From NCBI RefSeq assembly GCF_009914755.1, contig NC_060947.1: a DNA stretch of 64,000 nucleotides. One strand, written 5' to 3'. Positions 43,387-55,492 of the stretch are shown piece after piece. This DNA is from the human T2T-CHM13v2.0 reference genome, Homo sapiens. How positions within the stretch are numbered: position 1 is the first letter of the stretch; every line of letters starts with the position of its first letter. Position numbers and translations under genes: made by a program. The notes under the pieces were generated by a model. That model worked only from the letters and a program-made list of their open reading frames with translations, did no database searches and had not been told where the DNA came from.

Positions 43387-44024
43387 TAGCTGTCAAGCGA
43401 GCTTCAGCTGTCAATTTTGAAAATCAAGCTAGTTCTACTTGTTGATAAATTTAGTTCCATGATTTATATTATACTAAGAATATAGATTTGCATTTATAAG
43501 GATGCCATTGAGTCTCTTGATAGTATACCAAGGTGTCTTGTATATTGCATATTCTTTCATTTTAAAAGGTAAACAGAACAGAAGTTGCCTCAAACCAGGC
43601 AAGGTAGTGGGATCTGGAGTAATAAAAAAAAAATGAGCCTTTACTTCTCAGTTTCACACATCTGAGACTTAGCCTCAGCAACAGGCATATGCGGGCAGGA
43701 TGCAAAATGCTGAAGTCTTATTTCTTTTGGGAAGAAAGCCATCTGGCTGGGAGTTTGGGAGAAAAGTTTCGGCCTATAGAATTTTGGAATGGAATTTCTA
43801 TCTTGATGATTTGAGAGGAGAGAGGGAAGAAGCAGTTTTGGTTTAAATACCACATATTCTCACATTTCTTGCCCAATTTTTATATATTTTCTTGAATAGG
43901 TATTTCTTCATTTGCAGTTTTCTCCTAGGACCATTTCCAGTGGCTTTAAATTATTGTTTTGGAAAATGTTTTTCATGATTTCACTGGTCAGCGGAGTCCC
44001 TCAATTTCTTACGCTGGAAATTAA

Positions 44025-44026
<2 letters not shown>

Positions 44027-44076
<50 letters not shown>
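44027..44076 (+). repeat. (TG)25 microsatellite
   Basis: Directly visible. Confidence 0.97.
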
Positions 44077-44077
<1 letters not shown>

Positions 44078-44844
44078 ATGTTTTTTCTTGAGATTTACTA
44101 CTCACTCAATGATCAGTTCATTGATTGGAATTTCACCTGCTTCTATTGTGCTTGTTTTAGTAAAGGTTTTTCTCAGGTGTATTTTGTATTGTGTAAGTTG
44201 AGCTTGATTCCTCTCCCACATGCTGTTGATTGTCTTCACATATTTGGTAATTCTTCATTATTTGACATATTTTTTGGTGGGGGAGGGTCTCTGCTATATC
44301 TGCTTTTGCAGTCTTCTTGTGAGAGGTTTGTGGAATACTTTAGGAAATGGTACTCGGAAAGAACAGCAAAAGGCCAGGATAGACTTCTTGGATTTGTGTA
44401 GAATATTGGGATGGGTGTTACATAGCTAAGCATCCCCTAATGTATTGTTTTCAAGTAATCACCTTGTCATTTTCCCGTGGGCCTCTTGCATTACCTGGTT
44501 CTCCTGTCTTAGAGCAGATGTTCAATTTTTGCAGCAGCCGTCTCTTGTGATTTTGTGTGCCATTTCTTTCATTAATATGATCTTAGTTCTTTTCTGACTT
44601 TTAAAGATTTATTATATTTAATGCTTTTCCTAGAGCTACCATTCTTGTTTCTCAGCATGATAATAGATTTATATCCCAAATATATTTTCTGACATTTCTA
44701 GATATTTGTGTTGGGAATTTAAGCCTCCAAAGTGTACTCAGCCCATATGAACCAGAATAAAATGTTCCTTTTAAATAGAATTTCTGTCTAGGGTATACTT
44801 GATTCTGGGCTCTGATAATACTTTACTTACGAAAAAATGCAATG

Positions 44845-45060
44845 GCAGTATATGGTAGGAAATATGCAGAATTTGGAGTCAAGCATACCTGGGTTTTGAT
44901 CCTAACTCTAGTGCTTATAAATCATGTTACTTTAAAGCTATTTAATATCTCTGAATGTTAATTTATGCTTTTGTAAAAATAAAGCCTGGCATAAAGGTTG
45001 GCTGTGAGAGTAAAAACAAGTAGCAAATTTAAAGTGCCTAGAATTTATTCAATGATCAAT
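44845..45060 (+). mobile_element. MIR
   Basis: TTTGGAGTCAAGCATACCTGGGTTTTGATCC...TTTAATATCTCTGA..TGTAAAAAT. Confidence 0.6.
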
Positions 45061-46004
45061 AGATAAAAGTTATTGTTTTCATATAGATTAAAACCTTGCC
45101 ATTTATGCATTAATTTTCTTTAAATGTCTGTAACTTACACATCAATAAAAATCATGTTAAAATACTAGATGTTTAAATCTAAATTTATGATGAAATATGA
45201 ACAAATATTTAAAGTATACAATTATGATATATATTGCTATGTAATTCTAGGTGCCTGCTTTCTCATTTATAAATAGGAATAAAGCCCTCCTGAGTGTTAT
45301 TTTCATTCATCTACCCTCTCATTTCTAGAAAATGTTTGAAAAGGACAATGAAGAGAAAGGAAGGAATAATACAGATTTATAAATTAGTAGAAATGGCCAA
45401 ATTTTAACTAAGAAATTAATTTCAATTTATCTTTCTTAATTTCTAGCTATTCTGTTGTAAACTGGTTAATTCCATTTTTTTAATTGATTCATACCTTCCT
45501 GTAACCTGTAAGCATCACTTAACCTGAAAACTGGGTTATAAACAAATATAGCTTTTAAAATACTAGAGAAGAAAATTGCAACATGTTTTACTCAAATTGA
45601 ATCAAGAGAAAAGCCCGCTGGTAAAATAAGTTAGACAAAATATTAGAAAGAAATCACCAGATTTTAAATCATAAAGCGTGGAGGGTAATTGCTACTGGAG
45701 TTTTCTTAAAGATTCTTAAATTACATGCATAATTATCTAGCTTTGTTTCAAATTATTTGTGAATTGCCTTAAACCCCACATTAACATTTGGGATGGGTCA
45801 TCTTAAACAATGGAAATCAAATAGGAAAATTTTTGTACAATAAGATAACATGGAACAAGTAGAATCTTTACTAGAGGGTATTTGCCATCCTATTTGTTCT
45901 TTTTAACTTTTTCATTAGTAAGACATTTGTGAATTCAGAAATTGCTCTGCACTTTTATCTTTGTTGATTACAAAAACTTTATGACATTAATCATCACCAA
46001 GTAG

Positions 46005-46358
<354 letters not shown>

Positions 46359-46659
46359 AAATGGGTTTATATTTCTAAAGGAAGCTCTCAGTAAAATTCC
46401 TTCCAGATATTTATGAAAAAAATAATGAAGTATCTTTCCTGAATAAGCCAAGTTGCCTGAGCTGATAACTTCAGATGATCAAGCCCTGCTTTATATTCAA
46501 CCATTACATCCCCACTGGAGATGTCTGTTTTTATCTTTGAACCACTCTATGGACCTTGGTATTCCATATTAATATGCCTTCCAATTAAAGACATAGAAGG
46601 AAAACAACAAAAAAGAACCCTCTGTTTTATATTTATCCAAATTGTTATGCAAAATTTCT

Positions 46660-47322
46660 AGACCCCAACCATCCTGGCACCCTGATCTTGAACTCAGTCT
46701 CCAGAATTGTGAGAAAGAAGGTCCTGTTGTTTATAAGCTACCTAGTTTATGACATCTTGTTATAGCAGCCCAAATTAATTAAGATAAAAATTGGTACCGA
46801 GGAGTGGGTGTACTGCTGCAATAAATACCTAAAATGTGGAAGTGGCATTGGAACTGGGTAACAGATAGAGGCTTGGGAGTGTTTCGAGGTGCATGCTAGA
46901 AAAAGCCTACATTTCTCAATAGGTCATTAAAGGTGATTCTGGTGAGTACTCAGAAGAGGAGAGATGTATAGAAAGCCTCAATCTTCTTAAAGAATATGTA
47001 AGTGGTTTTGAACCGAATGTTGGTAAAAATATCGATGGTAAATGCTATTACGATGAGATCTCCTATAGGAATAAGGGACGTATAATGGAGGAAACGTAAT
47101 GCTTATTATTAAGTGGCGAAGAATTTGGCTGACTTATGTTTATGTCCTAGTGTTTTGTGGAAGTTACAACTTAATGAGTGATGAAACAGGATGGTTAGCT
47201 AAAGAAATGTCTAAGCAAAGTGCTGAAGGAGTACCATGGCTTCTCTTGGTTGCTTATACTGAACTGCAGAAGACAGAAATGATTTATATAAGCTATTTTT
47301 AATCAAAAGGGAAACAAAGCTT
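46660..47322 (+). mobile_element. MLT1 LTR 3' part followed by MLT1 internal sequence
   Basis: CTCCAGAATTGTGAGAAA..TTGTTATAGCAGCCCAAA..TAAGATA, then AAAATTGGTACCGAGGAGTGGG..AAAATGTGGAAGTGGCATTGGAACTGGGTAA. Confidence 0.8.
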
Positions 47323-47324
47323 CA

Positions 47325-48108
47325 AGCATTCACAACACCAAATTTTCATAAGGTTTTGGAGCACAAGGAACTCTCACTCTTTGCTGGTGGTAGTGCAAAA
47401 TGGTAGAGACAGTTTAGCAGTCTCTTTCAAAACTAAATATACTCTTATCATATGATCCAGCAATCACATTTCTTGTTTTTAACTCAGATAAATCGAAAAC
47501 GTATGCACACAAAAACCTGCCTACAGATGTTGAAAGTAGCTTAATGGATAAATAACCTGGGGTATACTCAGTCAGTGGGGTACTATTCAGTGCCAAAAAT
47601 AAATAGCTATAAAGTCATGAAAGGACATAGAGGAACCTGAAATGGATATTACTAAGTTAAAGAAACCAATTAGAAAAGGCTATCTATTGTGTAAGTCCAA
47701 TGATATGATATTCTGGAAAAGGCAAAACTAGGGAAACAGTTGAAACAGTAATTGCCAGCATTTGTGGAAGAAGGAGGGATAAATAGGCAGAAAATAGGAT
47801 TTTTAGGGGAGTGAAACTATTCTGTCTAATACTACGATTGTAGATACAGGCCATGATACATTTTTCAAACCTATCACGTATGTAACACTAAGAATGAACC
47901 TTAATGTGATCTATGGCCTTGGGATGATAATGATGTATTGATGTAGGTTCGTCGGTTATAAGAAATATAGTATAATTATAACCACTGTGGTGTGAGATGT
48001 TAAGAGTGGAGCATTTGAGGACAGCAAGGTATATAGAAATTCTTTGTACTCTCCACTCAATTTTGCTGTGAAACTAAAACTACTCTAAAATAAGGTTGAT
48101 TAATTAAA
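47325..48108 (+). mobile_element. L1MC1-like 3' end
   Basis: ACAACACCAAAT..AAGGAACTCTCA; GGAAAAGGCAAAACTA; TTTTGCTGTGAAACTAAAACTACTCTAAAATAA. Confidence 0.8.
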
Positions 48109-48114
48109 ATATGT

Positions 48115-49841
48115 ATAACTAATGGATGGAAACTTTTCAAATTGGGTAGAATACTATACATTATAGAAGACCAGTAAACCTCAAATACAGTAAATACAAT
48201 GAAAGCTATAACTAGATACATCAGAGCCCAGCTGTTGAAAACCATAGTAAATGAGAAACTATTGAAAGCATCCACAGAAAAATAAGACTTTAAAAGATTA
48301 AATGGTCCTGTAAAAGATTAAGGATAACTAGAACGTAGTGAAAACTTCTTTAAAGTGCTGGGATGGGAGGAGGAGAAAATATATCAATCCATCATTCTAT
48401 ATCAAGTGTAAATATCCTTCAATGATAAAGATGTAATAAAATATTTTCAGATAAAGGAAAACAAAAAGAATTATTTTCTTAAAGATCTGCACTATAAGAA
48501 GTGCTAAAGAAAGTTCTTCAGAGTAAAGGAAAATAATCCCAAAGAAAAAAATAAGCAATATCAAGAATAGAAAATGTTTGAGTAAATATAAAATATTTTC
48601 TCTTAATTTATTTAAATCTATAGGACTCTTTAAACCATGATTATAACATTATTTCGTTGAGTTTTAAATTGATGTAGAAGTAAAACATATAACAATTTTA
48701 ACAGGAGGGATGGTAAGGGAATGTATAAAAGCTACCTATACAGTTGCTATTTTTCTTCATTTGCTGTGAAGTGGTAGAATAGTATCTCCAAATAGACTGT
48801 AAAAGATTAAGGATGTGCACTGCTATCCTTACAATAACCACTGAGTATCTCATATAAAGAGATAGAAAAAAAAGAACTTATTTTTAAGATAAAATCACAA
48901 ATAGTTTGAAAATAAATGGATGGGAAATTATATACTATGAAAACAGTAAGCATAGGAAGAATAACACAGACATCACCAAAACTAGCCATCAAGACAAACA
49001 GAATTTTAAAAGATAAATAAGGTCATTTTATTATGATAAAGGGGCCAGTTTTTCAGGAAGACATCAATATTATAAATGTATGTGTGACTGATATCAGGGC
49101 TATAAAACCCATGACCGAAAAAAAATCTTTTAGAATTTTGGAAGTCAGAAGTCTGGAGTCAGTTTGGCTGTGCCAAATATATATATATATATATCATGCC
49201 TCCTTTCTGGTGGCTCTAAGGGAAAATTCTTTTCCTTGCCTTTTCCCACTTCCAAGGAATACACAGCAGAGGCCATGCATATTCCTTGGTTTGTAACCCC
49301 ATTGCTGGACCTTTAAAGTTTATCACTCCAATCTCTACTTCATTTGTCACGTCTTTCTCATTGAAACTGACTCCTCCTACATCCCTCTTATAAGAATCTT
49401 TGTTACTGCCTTAGGCCTACCTCAACAATCAAGGATAAATTTACCATCTCAAGATCCTTATCTTGCTTTTCTCTACAAAGCTCCATTTGCCCATAAGATA
49501 ACATTCACAGGTTCTGAGGATCAGAACATGGACATCTATTGGGGAGGGGCGTTATTTAGTCTACTATAGCATAGTAGGTATTACAATTTTGAATTCATTA
49601 TGAAAACCTTTTCTACAGTTTCTGGAATTCCAAAATTCCAAAGGATGTGTCTTTTTCTGCTAAACTATATCAAATATTCAAGAAGGAAAAAACCCCATCA
49701 ACCTTACACAAACTTCTTAGAGAAAATAGAGGAAAGGAATCTCTGCTCAACAAATTTCATGAGACCAGCATAATCCCATTGTCAAAGCCTGATAAAGGCA
49801 TAAAAAATAATATTACAGACCAATATCACTAATTAATACAG
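48115..49841 (+). mobile_element. Old L1M ORF1/ORF2 5' part, interrupted by MLT1
   Basis: AAATATCCTTCAA..TTTTCAGATAAA (ORF1); IKGPVFQEDINIINVC; LYQIFKKE..LLNKFHETSIIPLSKPDK; ends ACAGACCAATATCACTAATTAATACAG. Confidence 0.7.
49125..49568 (-). mobile_element. MLT1 (C/D-like) LTR
   Basis: GGAAGTCAGAAGTCTG..CCTTGCCTTTTCCCACTTCCA..ACATTCACAGGTTCTGAGGATCAGAACATGGACATCT..AGTCTACTATA. Confidence 0.75.
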
Positions 49842-50170
49842 GTATATATTTATATTTACACAGGTATATATTTTTATACATGTATATGTACAGGTATATA
49901 TTTATATACCTGTATATGTACATGTATATTATTTTAGACATGTATATACAAGAATATATTCTATACATATATTGTACATATTATATGCATATTTTAATAT
50001 AAATTTATTTATATTTATAAATATGCATTTATGTAAATATGTATTTATATTAAAATATCAACAATATTTTTGTTTAAATATACTATATTTATGGTATACT
50101 GATTTAAATATTTAAATATAATAAATATACACTTGTTTATATTTTGTATTATATATATATACACACACAT
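49842..50170. repeat. AT-rich low-complexity tract with an embedded palindrome
   Basis: Repeated ACAGGTATATA/TACATGTATA units; hairpin TACAGGTATATA-TT-TATATACCTGTA at 49889-49914. Confidence 0.85.
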
Positions 50171-52462
50171 ATTTTTTTTTAATTTCAGCCATTCTAGAAC
50201 ATAGGTAGTGGTATCTTATTGTTATTTTAATTTCCAATTGCCTCATGAAAAATGATGTTGAGCATATTTTTAAATGTTTGTTTGCAACATGTCTGTCTTC
50301 TGTGTTTAGGTGTCTGTTCAGATCTTTTGTCCATTGTTTAATTGTGTTGCTCATTTACTTATTGAGTTTTAGGAGTTCATTTTGAAACCATCATTGCAAA
50401 AGTGTAACAGAGTGAAAGAGATTTTACCTAGCCAACTCCATCCTGCTTCTAACCTCCAAGCTGTCCTTGTTCATTCCTGGGCGTAGGCTGAACTTAACTT
50501 TGGGAATAACTTAGTTTTTAGTTTCAAACGAAGACAATAACAGCCCTTTCCTAAAGCAGACCTCCTTCTTGCCTGAGGACGAGGTTGCCTTTGTAGGGCT
50601 AACATTAGCCACAAGATTAGAAATTATGGTTTAGGAGTCATGCAGCTGGAGGCTACAAGATTCTGACCCTCCCTAAACTGCTTCTAAGATCAGTGCTTAA
50701 GATATTTTACAGACTCTGCACTTGATGGATCAGCTGACACCATCCAGATGGATAAACTGGCTCATATGATCTTGTGGCCACCACCCAGGAACTGACTCAG
50801 CACAAGAGGACAGCTTCAATTCCCTATGATTCCGTCTCCAACCCAACTAATCAGTACTCTCAACTCACAGAACTTGCCCCACCCACCAAATTATCCTTAA
50901 AAACTCTGATTTTTCAAATGAGACTGATTTGAGTAATAATAAAACTCTGGTCTCCTGCACAGCTGGCTCTGTGTGAATTACTCTTTCTCTATTGCAATTC
51001 CCCTCTCTTGATAAATAGGCTCTGTCTAGGCAACGGGCAAGGTGAGCCCATTGGGTAGTTACAATTTTATATTTTGGATGTGTCTAAAATATATGTGTTT
51101 TGTAAATATTTCATCCCAGTCTGTGGCTCATGATTTTTTTTTTTCTTAAGAAGTCTTTCACAGTGTAGAAGGATTTAATTATAATAAAGTCAAATTATTA
51201 CTTTTTTCTTTCTCAAATAATGCTTTTGGTTTTATGTGTGTAGAAACTCATCATCAAAGACAAGGTCACCTATATTTCCTGATATTTTATTTTAGAAGAT
51301 TTGTAGTTTTGCATTTTACATTTATGCATATGACTCACTTTTTGAGCCAAAATACACATAACATAAAATCTCATAAACAGTGCCATTTAGTGCATTCAAA
51401 ATGTTGTGCAAACTTTGCCACTCTCTACTTCTAGAACGTTGCCATCACCCGCAAAACAAATGCAATATTCATTCAGCATTTGATCCCCGTTCCTCCTGCC
51501 CTTCCTACCCCTCAGTATCTGAAAATCATTATGTCTTTATGGATTTAACTATTATGGATATAAGATTTTTATAGGAATTACATTGAATCTGTAGATCTCA
51601 GCGGGGAGTACTGCCATCTTAAAAATATTAACCCTTCCAAGCTATGAACATGAGATGACTTTATATTTATTTTTGTCTTTCTAAATTGTTTTCAGCCATG
51701 TTATGTGTTATTAGTATACACATTTTTTTTCTTACTCCCTCAGTTAAAGTTATTGCTAAGCAATATATTCCTTTGGATGCTGTAGTAAATTGAATTATCT
51801 TGATTTCCTATTTGTATTTTCATTGCAAATCTGTAGAAAATACTACAGATTTTGAGTGCTGAGTTTGGAATCTTCAACTTTGTTGATTTTGTTTATTAAC
51901 TCTTAGATTAGAAGAATTTAGTGCTAAAATTTATGACTTTAAATAAATTTTTGGTAACTACTTAAGACTATATTTAGAACCATGTCATCTGTGAATAGAG
52001 ATAGTTTTACTTCCTCTTTTCTAATTTTAATGTCCTTTGTTTATTTGTGTGCTGAATTGGTCTAAAACTTTCGGGACAATGTTAAAATTAGTAGCAAAAG
52101 CAGGTATTCTTTCCTTGATCCTAACCTTAGGGAAAAGATTATGCCTTTCACCTTTGAATATAATGTTAGTGGTAGATTTTTTAAAAATGGACTTTGCATG
52201 TTGAGGAAGTACCTTTCTATTTCTGGTTTGTGGAGTGTTTTCATTATGGGAGAGTGTTAGATTTTGTCTGTTTCTTTCAGTGTCAATTTAAATGAGCTTG
52301 TACTTTCTTTTTTATTCTATTAATGTTGTTCACTACATTGATTTATTGTCATATGTTGAGCAACTCTTACATTCCTTCAACAAATCCAACTTGGTTATTA
52401 CGTAGTCCATTTAATATGCTATTGGATTTCATTTGCTAGTAATTGGCTGAAGATTATTTCAT
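50171..52462 (-). mobile_element. Old L1MC-like ORF2 fragments interrupted by LTR8 and a short L1M 3' piece
   Basis: Minus-strand remnants IKQWTKDLNRHL..IRYHY..RMAEIKK and FSLRLGSRKEYLL. Confidence 0.75.
50383..51063 (+). mobile_element. LTR8 (ERV1) solo LTR
   Basis: TGAAACCATCATTGCAAAA..CTAACCTCCAAGCTGTCCTTGTTCATTCCTGGGCGTAGGC...GGGCAAGGTGAGCCCATTGGGTAGTTACA; 4-bp TSD ATTT. Confidence 0.9.
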
Positions 52463-52731
52463 TTTTTTTAATTTTTATTTTTTGTGGGTACATAGTAAGT
52501 GTATATATTTATGGAGTAGATGAGATATTTTGATACAGGCATACAATGCATGATTTATCACATCAGCATGAACAGGATATGCAACACCTCATGAATTTAT
52601 ACTTTATTTGTCTTACAAACTATCCAATTATACTCTTTTAGTTATTTTAAAATGTACAACGAATTGTTGACTACAGTTATCCTGTTCTGCTATCAAATAG
52701 TAGATCATATACATTCCAGTTAACTATATTT
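52463..52731 (-). mobile_element. L1MA2/3 terminal 3' ~270 bp
   Basis: TTTTTGTGGGTACATAGTAAGTGTATATATTTATGG...TAACTATATTTT. Confidence 0.85.
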
Positions 52732-55149
52732 TAAAATTTCCCTTCTTTAAGAATTCTTAATTTTTATGTGTATATAGTAAGTATATATATTTATGGATTA
52801 CATGAGATATTTTGATACGGGCATGCAATGCATAATAATCACATCAGGGTAAATGAGATATCCATCACCTCCTGCATTTATTCTTTGTGTTACAAACAAT
52901 CAAATTAAACCTCTTTAGTTATTTTACAATGTACAATTAATATAGTCACCCTCTTGTGCTAGTAAATACTAAGTGTTATTTATTCTTCCTATTTTTTTGT
53001 ACCAATTGACCATCCCCACTTGCCCTCCAACACCCTGTCCAATACCCTTCACATTCTCTTGTAAGCCACCCTGTCCAATACCCTTCAAATCCAGTTGTAA
53101 GCATCCTACTCTCTATGTCCATGAATTCAATTATTTTAATTTTTAGCTCCTACAAATAAATCAGAATACATGAAGTTTGTCTTTCTGTGCCTGGTTATTT
53201 CATTTAACATAATGACCTCCATTTCCATATTTCCATCCATGTTGTTGGAAATGACAGGATCCCATTTTTTTGTGGCTGAATAGTACTCCATTGTGTGTAT
53301 GTACCACATTTTCCTTATTCTTTCATTTGTTGATTAACATTTAGGTTGCTTCCAAATCTTGGCTGTTGTGAATAGTGCTGCAACAAACATGGGAGTGCAG
53401 GTATCTCTTCAATATACTGATTTCCCTAGTTTTGTGTATATGTCCAGCAGTGGGATTCGTGGATCACATGGAGACTCTATTTTTAGATTCTTAAGGAACC
53501 TCCAAAGTGTTCTCCATAATGGTTGTACTAACTTACAGTCCTGTCAACAGTGTACAAGGGTTCCCTTTTCTCCACTTCCTCACCAGCATTGGTTATTGCT
53601 TGTTCTTTTGATATAAGCCATGTTAACTGAGGTAAAATGATATGTCATTGTAGCTTTGATTTTCGTTTCTCTGATGGTCAATGATGTTGAGCACTTTTTC
53701 ATATACTGGTTTGTCATTTGTATGTCTTTTGAGAAATGCCTTTTCAGGTCTTTTCCTCATGTTTTAGTTAGATTATTAGATATTTCCTATAGTCATTTGA
53801 ACTCCTTACATATTGTGGTTATTAATCCCTTTTCCGATGGGCAGTTTGCAAATATGTTCTTCTGTTCTGTGGGTTGTCACTTCACCTTTTTTATTGCTTC
53901 CTTTGCTGTGCAGAAGCTTTTTCACTTGATGTGATCCCATGTGTCCATTTTTACTTTGGTTGCTTATACTTGTGAGAGATCTCTCAAGAAAACTTTGCCC
54001 ACTCCAATGTCCTGGAGAGTTTCCACAAAGTTTTCCTTTATTAGTTTCATAGTTTGAGGACTTAGATTTAAGTCTTTAATTCATTTAGATTTGATTTTTC
54101 TATATGGTGAGAGATATGGGTAAGTTTCATTCTTCTGCATATGGATATTCAGTTTTCCCAGCACCACTTATTGAAGAGACTGTCCTTTCTCCAATTTATG
54201 CCCTTAGCACCTTTATTGAAACTGACTTCACCGTAGAAATGTAAAGTTGTTTCTGGGTTTTCTATTCTTTTTCATTGGTTTGTGTGTCTGTTTTTATGCC
54301 AATACCATGCTGTTTTTGTTACTATACCTCTGTAGTATAATTTGAAGTCAGGTAATATGATTCTTCCAGTTTTGTTCCTTTTCTTAGGATACCTTTGGCT
54401 ATTCTGGGTCTTTTGTAGATCAATATAAATTTTAGGATGTTTTTTCTATTTCTGTGAAAAATGTCATTGGTATTTTGATAGAGATAGCATTTTGTCTGTA
54501 GATTGCTTTTGGTAGTATGGACATTTCAGCAATATTGTTTCTTCCAATCCATGAATGTGGAATTTCTTTCTTTTTTTTTTTTTTTTTTTTTGGTGTCCTC
54601 TTCAAATTCTTTCATCAGTGGTTTATAATTTTCATTGTAGAAATATTTCACTTCTTTGGTTAATTCCTAGGTGTTTCATTTCATTTGTGTCTATTCTAAA
54701 TGGAATTACATTTTTATTTCTTTTTCACATTGTTCACTGTTGGCATATAGAAATGCTACTGGTTTTTGTGTGTTGGTTTTGTATCTGCAAATTTACTGAA
54801 CTTGTTCACAAGTTCTAATAACTTTTGGTAGAGGCTGAGGTTTTTTTTACGTATGAGATTATATTATCTGCAAACAAAGATACTTTGACTTTTTCCTTTC
54901 CAGTATGGATGCCCTTAATTTCTTTCTCTTGTGTGCTTTGTCTTCCTAGGATTTCTAATACTATGTTGAATAACAGTGGTAAAAGTGGCCATTCTTGCTG
55001 AGTTCCTCATCTTAGAGGAAAGGCTTTTATTTTCTCTCCTTTCAGTATGATATTAGCTATGGATCTGTTATATACGGATTTCATTGTGTTGAGGTATGCT
55101 CCTTCTATATCTAGGTTTCTGAAGTTTTTTTTTTTAATCATGAAAGGAT

Positions 55150-55492
55150 TTTTGTTGTTGTTGTATGTTTTTTCTTTATTTTGCTTTTTTTTTTTTTTTT
55201 TTTTTTTTTGAGGCAGGATCTGTTTATGTCTCCTGGCTGGAGTGCAGCAGCATGATCAAAACTCACTGCAACTTTCACCTCCCAGGCTCAAGCGATCGTC
55301 CCACGTAAGCCTCCTGAGTAGCTGGGACTACAGGTGCTCACCATAATGCCTGGCTAATTTTTTGTATTTTTTTGTAGAGATGGGGTTTTGCCATGTTGCC
55401 CAGGCTGGTCTTGAACTCTTGGGCTCAAGTTATCTGCCTAACTTGGCCTCTCAAAGTGATGGGATTATAGGCATGAGCCACTGTACCCAGTC
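55150..55492 (-). mobile_element. AluJ inside L1MA
   Basis: Long T-rich tail, J-type CAGGCTCAAGCGATC and GGGCTCAAG motifs, short TSD AGGAT. Confidence 0.92.
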
